Shown here one piece after another: positions 51,200 through 59,465 of a stretch of DNA of 64,000 nt. Under the pieces are notes generated by a model. It saw only the letters and a list, made by a program, of their open reading frames with translations. It did not search any database and was not told the origin of the DNA. How positions within the stretch are numbered: the stretch's first letter is position 1; every line of letters starts with the position of its first letter. Position numbers and translations under genes: made by a program. Source of the DNA: Planctomycetota bacterium (lineage in GTDB: Bacteria > Planctomycetota > PLA2 > JAEUHO01); NCBI GenBank assembly GCA_965223505.1, contig CBDCWP010000010.1, positions 1-64,000 of the forward strand. The letters are read 5' to 3'.

Positions 51200-51673
51200 G
51201 TGCCGAACGACGCCGCCATTCGCGCGTTCTGGGAACGCTGCCGAGCGCAGCGGCCCGCGTGGCAACGGGCGGACTTCCCGGCGCCCGAGGCCTGGGGCTT
51301 CGGGGCCGATTCCGCCATGGCCGACCGGTTGGGTGCGCTCGTGATCGAAGGCGTCAAGACCGCGACGAGCAGCGCGCTCTGGGAGTACGAGCATGACGGA
51401 TCGCCGCTGCCACGTGCCGGTGATCTCGGCAACGTGATCGACGGGCAAGGCGAACCGCTCTGCTTGATCGAGACGACGGAGGTTCTGGTCCTGCCCTTCG
51501 ATCAGGTGCCGTCCGACTTCGCCTACGAAGAGGGAGAGGGGGATCGCACGCTCGCTACGTGGCGTGAGGCGCATTGGGACTTCTTCGCGGGCTTCCTCCC
51601 ACGCATCGGATTGAAGCCCGCGTCCGACATGCCGGTCGTGTGCGAGCGCTTCCACGTGCTGGCGCTCGCGTGA
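51200..51673 (+). CDS. ASCH domain protein
   Basis: WGFG...LG.LV..G.KTATSS, FAYEEGEGDRTL..WR.AHW.FF, VVCERF. Confidence 0.9.
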   Translation: MPNDAAIRAFWERCRAQRPAWQRADFPAPEAWGFGADSAMADRLGALVIEGVKTATSSALWEYEHDGSPLPRAGDLGNVIDGQGEPLCLIETTEVLVLPFDQVPSDFAYEEGEGDRTLATWREAHWDFFAGFLPRIGLKPASDMPVVCERFHVLALA

Positions 51674-51704
51674 TCGGCAAGGCGAACGGCGTGCGCCAGG
51701 TGGC

Positions 51705-51916
51705 TCACGCCGACCTGGCGCCCCACGAACGGGCAAGCCCTGGCGCATCTCCATGTTCTGCATTCGAGCGCGCCGCGAGCCACGTCCGCAACAGGCGATC
51801 GATCTCCGTCTCGCTCGCGTGCGGGTGGCCGCGCCGCAGTTGTGCCCGCTTCATCGGCACGACGGCCTCGAACAGGTCGAGCGCTTGTCGAAGTCGAAGG
51901 GCATGCGTGCGGGGCA
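51705..51916 (-). CDS. Small hypothetical protein (possibly antitoxin-like); start uncertain
   Basis: LRQALDLFE...LRRGHPHASETEIDRLLRTWL...EHGDAPG; part of it is duplicated at 56413-56462. Confidence 0.5.
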
Positions 51917-51985
51917 TGCTGTTGGAACCGCACGGGCGGGGGACATGCAGGCGCGACCTCCCTACAATCCCGCCCGGAGGCATGG

Positions 51986-54361
51986 ATGTCGGACATGGAT
52001 CTCAGGCAGGACAGCGCACTGCACCCCGAAGGCGGCGAGCCGAAGTACAGGATCGAAGCACCGATCGGGCAGGGGGGCATGGGCGACGTTTATCTCCTCG
52101 AGGACCGGGACCTCGGCAGGCAGGTGGCCCTGAAGGTCCTGAAAGCCGATCTCGCGGAGGAAGACGCAGCGCGCGCGCACTTCGTGGCGGAAGCCCAAGC
52201 GACGAGCCAGCTCGAGCATCCCGGCGTGCCGCCGGTGCACGACCTCGGTGTGACGGCCGATGGGCGCGTCTACTTCACGATGAAGCTGATCCGCGGCCGG
52301 ACGCTGCGGGAGATCCTGCACGATCTCGTGCTCCGGCGCCGCGAGGTTCAGCGCGAATACAACCTCCACCGACTCGTCAGCATCGTGGCTCGCATCGCGG
52401 AGACGCTCCACTTCGCCCACGAGCGGGGCGTGCTCCACCGTGACATCAAGCCCGAGAACATCATGCTCGGCGACTACGGCGAGATTCACCTGGTCGACTG
52501 GGGCCTGGCTCGCGTCGATCGCCTTCCGGACGGTGAGGACCTGGAGGATGCGGAGCAGGTCGCCACGGCGCGCAGTTCGGAAGGTCTCCAGACCGAGCAC
52601 GGATCACTGAAGGGCACCTTGGCCTACATGAGTCCCGAGCAGGCACGCGGCGCCGTCCATGACCTCGATCCACGTAGCGAGGTCTTTGCTCTGGGCCTTG
52701 TGCTCTACGAGATCCTCACGTTGAAACCCGCCTTCGACCCGACCGATGCGAACCTGCTGGCCGCCGTCGCCGGCGCCGAGGTCCCCGACGTCGCAGAGCG
52801 CAATCCCAAGCGCAAGATTCCCACGGGGCTCGTGTCCGTCGTCCGCCGCGCGCTGCAGCCCGATCCAGCAGATCGGTTCCGAGACGCGAGCGCCATGGGG
52901 GAGCGTCTGCGCGCGTGGCTCGACGGCACGAGCGATCGAGACCGACGCCACGAGGAGGCGGAGCGCCTTGCGCGGGAAGGGCGCGAAGCGATCGGCCACT
53001 TTCAAGGACTGGCCAACGAGGCGCGCGAGGCCGAGGTGCGGGTCGAGGAGGTCAAGGCGGGGCTTGCCCCGCACCAGCCGATCGAGGAGAAGACGGCGTT
53101 GATCGCGGCACGCGCATGCGTGAAGCAGAAGAAGCGCGAAGTGGCGCTTGCGTTCGCCGATGCCACCCACCTGCTCAACGCAGCGCTCGCCCAGGAACAG
53201 GAGAACCCGTCGGCGCGTTCCGCGCTGTCCGACTTGTGGAAGGACCGCCTCGAGGATGCGGAGCGCGAGGGCGATGCGGCCGACGCCGCGCACGCCTTGG
53301 CCATGATCGAGCGTTATGACGACGGCTGTCTGGCGGCGTTCGTCGCCGGGGACGGGAGCCTCAGCCTGACCTCTGAACCTCCGGGTGCCGAGGTGAGCGT
53401 TGGCCGGTTCGAGGAGCAGAAGGGCGTCTTGGCGGTCGGAGAGGAGCGTGGGTTGGGGCCTACGCCGATACGGCGGGTCGGTCTACCCATGGGCTCCTAC
53501 CTCTGCACCCTGAAGCATGAGAGCGGCGAGGTCGTGCGCTATCCCGTTCACATCACCCGCAACCACCACTGGGAGGGCAAGGTCCGACTGCGTACGCGGG
53601 CGGAGATCGGAGACGGGTTCGTCTACGTACCGGGCGGCCCGTACCTCTACGGGGAGGGACGCGACGCGCGTGTCGTCGAGGTGCCCGACTTCGCCATCCA
53701 GCGCTTTCCGGTCACGTTCTGTGAGTACGGCGCGTTTCTCCAGGCCATCGAGGCGGAAGAGGGACGGGAGGCCGCTCGACAACGCGTGCCGCGTATCGGG
53801 TCCTCCGATGGCGAGTACATGGTGCGCGCGGAGGACGGATCGTGGCGCCCGAGGCCGGATCTGATCGAGGGCGATGCCCTGAAAGCGGCTCTCGAGCGGT
53901 TCGGTCCGGGTTTCGAGAAGGACATTCCCGTCCTGGCCGTCTCGTTCCATGACGCCGAGGCCTATTGTGCCTGGAAGACGAATACGACGGGGCTCACGTG
54001 GCGGCTACCGACCGAGCTCGAGCGCGAGAAGGCGGCGCGCGGCGTGGATGGCCGCATGTTTCCGTGGGGCGACATCGAGGATGCGAGCCTCGGCAAGTGC
54101 AGGGAATCCAGGGCCGAGAGCACGCAGCCCGAGCCGGTCGGTGCGTTTCCGCGCTCCGCGTCCGTCTACGGCATGGGCGACGCCGCCGGCGGCGTCTGGG
54201 ACTGGACGACGTCCTGGCTCGACCACCGCGAGGTGCTGCGCGTGTTGCGCGGCGGCTCCTGGGTCAATCCACCAGCGGGCATGCGCTGCGCGGTTCGCAT
54301 CGGCACCCAGCCGTCGAACCGCATCGCGGACTACGGGTTTCGTTGCGCGAGGGACCTCTAG
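51986..54361 (+). CDS. Ser/Thr kinase - helical - PEGA-like - FGE-type C-type-lectin protein (putative DGR target A)
   Basis: IGQGGMGDVY, HRDIKPEN, DWG, GTLAYMSPE; SLTSEPPGAEV PEGA-like; LPTE.EREKAARG, RVLRGGSW...GFRCAR at the C-terminus; no TM. Confidence 0.92.
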   Translation: MSDMDLRQDSALHPEGGEPKYRIEAPIGQGGMGDVYLLEDRDLGRQVALKVLKADLAEEDAARAHFVAEAQATSQLEHPGVPPVHDLGVTADGRVYFTMKLIRGRTLREILHDLVLRRREVQREYNLHRLVSIVARIAETLHFAHERGVLHRDIKPENIMLGDYGEIHLVDWGLARVDRLPDGEDLEDAEQVATARSSEGLQTEHGSLKGTLAYMSPEQARGAVHDLDPRSEVFALGLVLYEILTLKPAFDPTDANLLAAVAGAEVPDVAERNPKRKIPTGLVSVVRRALQPDPADRFRDASAMGERLRAWLDGTSDRDRRHEEAERLAREGREAIGHFQGLANEAREAEVRVEEVKAGLAPHQPIEEKTALIAARACVKQKKREVALAFADATHLLNAALAQEQENPSARSALSDLWKDRLEDAEREGDAADAAHALAMIERYDDGCLAAFVAGDGSLSLTSEPPGAEVSVGRFEEQKGVLAVGEERGLGPTPIRRVGLPMGSYLCTLKHESGEVVRYPVHITRNHHWEGKVRLRTRAEIGDGFVYVPGGPYLYGEGRDARVVEVPDFAIQRFPVTFCEYGAFLQAIEAEEGREAARQRVPRIGSSDGEYMVRAEDGSWRPRPDLIEGDALKAALERFGPGFEKDIPVLAVSFHDAEAYCAWKTNTTGLTWRLPTELEREKAARGVDGRMFPWGDIEDASLGKCRESRAESTQPEPVGAFPRSASVYGMGDAAGGVWDWTTSWLDHREVLRVLRGGSWVNPPAGMRCAVRIGTQPSNRIADYGFRCARDL

Positions 54362-54378
54362 CCCCCTGGCTCCCTGCG
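54234..54378 (+). repeat. DGR-like variable repeat VR-A with shared 3' flank
   Basis: Differs from 59303-59352 only at template adenines; CCCCCTGGCTCCCTGCG after the stop is identical to VR-B. Confidence 0.8.
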
Positions 54379-54444
54379 CTCGGGGTGGCGTGCTCGATGT
54401 AGCGAGATCTGTGTGCGTGCCGGGCGGAGGCGTGCCGGACCTTT

Positions 54445-54532
54445 CGCCCGCTGCCTTGGACTCGTCGCTTTTCTCCGCCAACCCCGCATCGACGGCGTTC
54501 TCGTCGCCGGAGTCCTGCTGCTTCGCGGAGTC
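54445..54532 (-). pseudogene. Degenerate thiC 3'-end relic
   Basis: Encodes DSAKQQDSGDENAVDAGLAEKSDESKAAG, homologous to the ThiC C-terminus and to relic 56515-56642. Confidence 0.7.
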
Positions 54533-54550
54533 TGCCTCGGCCCCAGGTCC

Positions 54551-56359
54551 TCAGAGCAGCTCCAGGATGATCACGGTGGCGACGGCCATGGTGAGGCTCA
54601 TGCCGATTCCCACTCGGGCAAAGTCCTTGGTTCGATAGCCCCCGGGTCCCATGACCATGAGATTGCACTGATGGGCGAACGGGAGCATGAAGGCACAGCT
54701 CGTTCCGAAGGCGACGGCCATGAACGTCTTCGACAGGTCAAGGCCGGACATGCTGGACACCTGCCATGCAACCGGAGCAAGAATGACGGCTGCCGCTCCG
54801 TTGTTGCTGGTGGTGCTGAGCACGGCGCTGACGACGAACAAGGCCGCGAATACGCCGGAGGAACCGAGTGGCGATTTCAGCTGTACCAGGAACGTCGCCA
54901 TCTCACCCGCCACCCCGTGCTGCTCCAACGCCATCCCGAGGGGGACCGTACCGGCGATCAGGAACAGGATCCGGAAGTCCACGGAGCGGCGCGCGGCCTC
55001 CAGGGACACGCAGCCTGTCGCGAGCATCAGGAGGGCGCTTCCGATTGCGCTGAGCGCCAGCGGCAACCAGTTGACGAGTGGCGGGATCAGGGCGACGAGC
55101 AAGAGAGCAATCGCAAGTGGTGCTCTACGGACGTCCTCCGCTTGGGCGGCGTCGGTAAGCACGATGAAGCGCGGATCCTCGGACAGCTTGCGGAGGTCCG
55201 GGGCCGAACCGGAGACGAGGAAGGCATCACCCAGCTGGAGTGGTTCGTCGCCGAGATTGCCTGCGATGACCTGATCGCGGCGCATGATCGCAAGGGCGCT
55301 GAGGCCGAATTCGTTACGGAAGGAAAGGCTGCGAAAGGTCTCTCCGATGGCCTCCGACCGCGGCGGGAGCGTCGCTTCGCCCAACAGCACGCCCTGCTGG
55401 AGAAGGCGAGTCGTCACCGCGGGATCCGCGATCCCGAACTGCACAAGGGCTTCTTCCGCGAATCGCCACGCGTTCTCTTCGGCTCCGGCTACGTACAACT
55501 GATCATCGGGTTCGATACGCAGGTCAGGGTGGGGGTGAATCGACGTGCGCCGCCTGGTGCCTTTGGGTCTACGTACCAGCACGACCCTGAGGGACCAACG
55601 CCCGCCGATATCGGCTTCACGGAGCGATTGGCCGGCGATCTCCGACTCATCGGGAACGCGCATGCGATAGAGATTCTCGGGGAAGTTGTAAGCCTCGGCC
55701 AACTCCTCAGGAACCTGCGCGCGGCCTAGCCGCTCTTCGCTCGACTCTTTCGGTAGCATGCGTCTGCCGATGATGCTCATGTACGCGATGCATATCGCCG
55801 TTACTGGCGCGCCGACTTTCGCGAACATGAACATGTCTACGGGCGTGCCCAGCCGGCCGCGCAGGTCTTCGGCGAGGATGAGGTTCGGTGTCGTTCCGAT
55901 CACGGTGAGGGCGCCGCCGACGATGGCGGCGAAGGCGAGCGGCATCATCAGCCTCGACGCCGGGACCTCCGCGCGGCGTGCGAGCACTGCCACCGCCGGC
56001 AGGAAGACGGCCACCGTCGCCGCATTGGACATGAACGCCGAGAGCACGGCCACCGATGCCATGATCGCAACGATCAGACGCACCTCGCTTCGCCCGCCGA
56101 CGCGTTGCAGTCCGCGGGCCATGAGCGTGGCGACGCCGCTCTCCTTCAGGCCCGCGCCCATGACGAAGATCGCCCCGAGTGCGATGACCGCGGGGTTTCC
56201 GAATCCGACGAGGGCCTGGTCGGGGCTCTCGAGCGTGCCCGTCGCCGCAAGTACGACCGGAATGGCCAGGGCTGTCATCGCGAGGGGGATCGCCTCCGTG
56301 ATGAAGAGGACGACCGCGGCTACGAGCGTGCCAATGGCGATGAGTTCATGAATTCCCAC
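54551..56359 (-). CDS. SLC13/CitMHS-type permease with two TrkA-C (RCK_C) domains
   Basis: SAFMSNAAT, LTVIGTTPNL, FMLPFAHQCNLMVMGPGGYRTKDF; central soluble RCK_C repeats. Confidence 0.92.
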   Translation of the reverse strand: MGIHELIAIGTLVAAVVLFITEAIPLAMTALAIPVVLAATGTLESPDQALVGFGNPAVIALGAIFVMGAGLKESGVATLMARGLQRVGGRSEVRLIVAIMASVAVLSAFMSNAATVAVFLPAVAVLARRAEVPASRLMMPLAFAAIVGGALTVIGTTPNLILAEDLRGRLGTPVDMFMFAKVGAPVTAICIAYMSIIGRRMLPKESSEERLGRAQVPEELAEAYNFPENLYRMRVPDESEIAGQSLREADIGGRWSLRVVLVRRPKGTRRRTSIHPHPDLRIEPDDQLYVAGAEENAWRFAEEALVQFGIADPAVTTRLLQQGVLLGEATLPPRSEAIGETFRSLSFRNEFGLSALAIMRRDQVIAGNLGDEPLQLGDAFLVSGSAPDLRKLSEDPRFIVLTDAAQAEDVRRAPLAIALLLVALIPPLVNWLPLALSAIGSALLMLATGCVSLEAARRSVDFRILFLIAGTVPLGMALEQHGVAGEMATFLVQLKSPLGSSGVFAALFVVSAVLSTTSNNGAAAVILAPVAWQVSSMSGLDLSKTFMAVAFGTSCAFMLPFAHQCNLMVMGPGGYRTKDFARVGIGMSLTMAVATVIILELL

Positions 56360-56514
56360 ATCGGAAGGGTACGCCTGACCCTCCAAGCGCAAGACTGTTG
56401 CGTACCCCCTTGATCGACACGCCGGCCTCGAACAGGTCGCGCGCTTGTCGAAGTCGAAGGGCCGCGGCTTTCTGCTAGAGATCGTAGAGCGACGCGGTTG
56501 GGCGGTGGCCGAAG

Positions 56515-56642
56515 CTACGAGTAGATCTCGCCGCCCGCTGCCTTGAACTCGTCGCTCTTTTCCACCAACCCGCTTCGACGGCTTCCTCGTCGTCGAGGCC
56601 CTGCTGTTTCGCGCAGTCGCGCACCTGCTGCGTGATCTCCAT
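56515..56642 (-). pseudogene. thiC 3'-end relic (with a 1-nt deletion)
   Basis: [25 protein letters not shown] / LVEKSDEFKAAGGEIYS* versus intact [42 protein letters not shown]. Confidence 0.85.
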
Positions 56643-56823
56643 GGCGTGTTCGGGCGGGCAGGTGCGGGTCATCGGCGGTAGACCCTTGGTCCATGCGAGG
56701 CGATGGAGAGGGTGTTTGTCCAGCCGCGAGCGTTTGCCCGAGTTTCCGGGTTGCTACATGGCGTCGCCCCTGGGCGGGCAAACCTCCGCCCGCTCTGCCT
56801 AGAATCCTCGCGGAGGACTCCGC

Positions 56824-59218
56824 ATGAGCCACGTGATCGGACCGCGCAGCATCATCGAGTGGGCCGAGAAGGCGCCCGAGGGCCTCGGCGGGGAGTTCAC
56901 CCCCTCCGAGGAACGTTTCGTCACGGAGGGCACGGTGGGACGCGGCGCGATGGGGGAGGTGTTGCTCGTCAGCGACCAGGACCTCAAGCGCCAGATCGCC
57001 ATGAAGGTGCTCCGTGAAGAATCGGCCGGGACCCGCGAGCATCGGCTGCACTTCCTCGCGGAAGCGCAGGCCACCAGCCAGCTCGAGCACCCCGGAATTC
57101 CCCCGGTCCACGACATCGGCCTGACCCCCGAAGGTCGGCTCTTCTTCACGATGAAGCTGGTCCAAGGACGCACCCTCGAGGAGGTGCTTCACGACCTCGT
57201 GCTCAAGCGCCGCGCGGTCCTGCGCGAGTACGACCTGCACCGGCTGGTGACGGTGCTCGAGCGCATCTGCGAGCCGCTCCACTTCGCCCACGAGAAGGGG
57301 GTCGTGCATCGCGACCTCAAGCCCGCCAACATCATGCTCGGTGACTTCGGCGAGGTGCACGTCATGGACTGGGGGGTCGCCAAGACGCTGGGGGAGAGCG
57401 ACGAAGAAGGAGCGCTCGAGCCCGTCGAGACGATGCGTACGGAAACGGGTCTCGAGACCCGGCACGGAACCGTCAAGGGGACGGTCCCCTACATGAGCCC
57501 CGAGCAGTTTCGGGGGCAGCCGCTCGATCGACGCAGCGACGTCTACGCGCTGGGCTGCCTGCTCTACGAGATGCTCACGCTCCAGATGGCCTTCGACCCG
57601 CACGATCGCGACCTCTTGCAAAAAAAGGTGAGCGGAACCGTCCCCGACGTGCGCACACGCAATCCGCGGCGCAAGGTGCCCGAGCCTCTGGCCGGAATCT
57701 GCGAGCGGGCCATGTCTGCCGACCCGAACGACCGGTACCAGACGGCCGACGCGCTCGCGCACGACCTTCGGGGCTGGCTCGACGGCACCTTGGAGGCGAC
57801 GCGGCGGCACGAGGAGGCCGAGCGCCTCGCGAGCGAGGGGCGGGACGCGGCAGATCGGTTCCGGACGCTGGAACACGAGATGCGCGAGGCCGAGACTACG
57901 CGCGACGAAACGGCCGAGCGGGGCGAAGCGTGGCGGCCGCTGGCGGAGCAGACACCCTGGCTCGAGGCGCGCGCGCGGGTGCGTGCGTTGGAGCGGGACA
58001 CCGCCATCGCCTTCGCCGACGCCACGCACCTGCTGAACGCCGCGCTCGTGCAGGAGGAGGACAACGCGTCGGCGCGCACGGCGCTAGCCGACCTGTGGAA
58101 GCACCGTCTCGACGATGCCGAGGCGCGAGGCGATCCGGCTGACGCTGCTCATGCGATTGCGATGGTCGAGCGTCACGACGACGGCCGGCTCGCGTCCTAC
58201 ATCGCGGGGCGCGGCAGCCTGACGCTCGGGTCGGAGCCTGTTGGCGCCGAGGTCTTCCTCTCGCGCTACGAAGACCGCGACGGCGTCCTCGTCGCCGAAG
58301 GAGAACGATCGATCGGCGTCGCGCCGATCGCTGGACACGCGCTCCCCATGGGCTCGTACCTGTGCGTCCTCAGGCACGAGGGGCTGCCGGACATTCGCTA
58401 CCCCGTGCAACATCGCGCGCAATCGGGAGTGGGAGGGAACGGTGCGCATGCCCGAGGCCGAGGAGGTCGGCGAGGGCTTCGTCCACGTTCCCGCCGGTCC
58501 CTTCATCTACGGGGAGGGCAAGACGAGGACGGAGATCGACCTGCCGGACTTCGCGATCCATCGGTTCCCGGTGACGTTCGGCGACTACCTCGAGTTCGTG
58601 GCCCACGTCGAGGCCGAAGAGGGACTCGAGGCCGCCACGGCGCGCGCGCCGCAGACGCCGGGAGACGGCCTGTACGTCGAGCGCACCGAGGCCCGGGTGT
58701 GGCGCACGCTGCCGGTGATCGTCGAGGGCGAGGCGTACGAGGCGTCGCTCGAGCGATTCGGGGAGGGGTTCCTCGAACGGATCCCCGTGATGGGGGTGTC
58801 GTTCGAAGATGCCGAGGCCTACTGCGCGTGGAAGACGAAGACCAGCGGCTGTACGTGGCGCTTGCCGAGCGAAGAGGAGCGCGAGAAGGCCGCGCGCGGC
58901 GTGGACGGGCGCACCTTCCCCTGGGGCGAGACCGAGCACGCGAGTCTCGGGAAGTGCCGAGAGTCGCGGCCGGAGAGAACGCAGCCCGAGCCCGTCGGCG
59001 CCTTCCCCACGGCAGCGTCGGTCTACGGCATGGGCGATGCCGCTGGCGGCATGTCGGACTGGACGACGTCGTGGCTCGATCACCGCGAGGTGCTGCGCGT
59101 GTTGCGCGGCGGCTCCTGGAACGCTCCACCGGCGAACTTGCGCTGCGCGTCTCGAAGCGGCGTCCAGCCATCGGTCCGCAGCTCGAACATCGGGTTTCGT
59201 TGCGCGAGGGACCTGTAG
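56824..59218 (+). CDS. Ser/Thr kinase - helical - PEGA-like - FGE-type CLec protein (putative DGR target B); +1 frameshift at ~58409
   Basis: Paralogue of 51986-54361; GTG CAA CAT CGC versus paralogue GTT CAC ATC indicates one extra A; the two frames join into a full-length protein. Confidence 0.85.
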
Positions 59219-59235
59219 CCCCCTGGCTCCCTGCG
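59091..59235 (+). repeat. DGR-like variable repeat VR-B with shared 3' flank
   Basis: 4 mismatches to 59303-59352, all at template adenines. Confidence 0.8.
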
Positions 59236-59302
59236 GCCTGTCCGGGGCCCCTGCGAGCACAGGCCCGCCCAAGGGTCGAGATACGGCACCGAAAGCGTTG
59301 GT

Positions 59303-59352
59303 TGCTGCGCGTGTTGCGCGGCGGCTCCTGGAACAATCCACCAGCGAACATG
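59303..59352 (+). repeat. Truncated DGR template repeat (TR) candidate
   Basis: Intergenic TGCTGCGCGTGTTGCGCGGCGGCTCCTGG AAC AAT CCA CCA GCG AAC ATG; adenine-rich version of both VRs. Confidence 0.75.
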
Positions 59353-59465
59353 TCCGTACACCACTCGGGTGGTGCCGCCTGCAGCCACCATCGACGATCG
59401 GTGTCGAGGGAGACACGGAACCGCGAGCCCACGGTACCGCCCGTGTGCGCTGCTATGCTCTCGGG

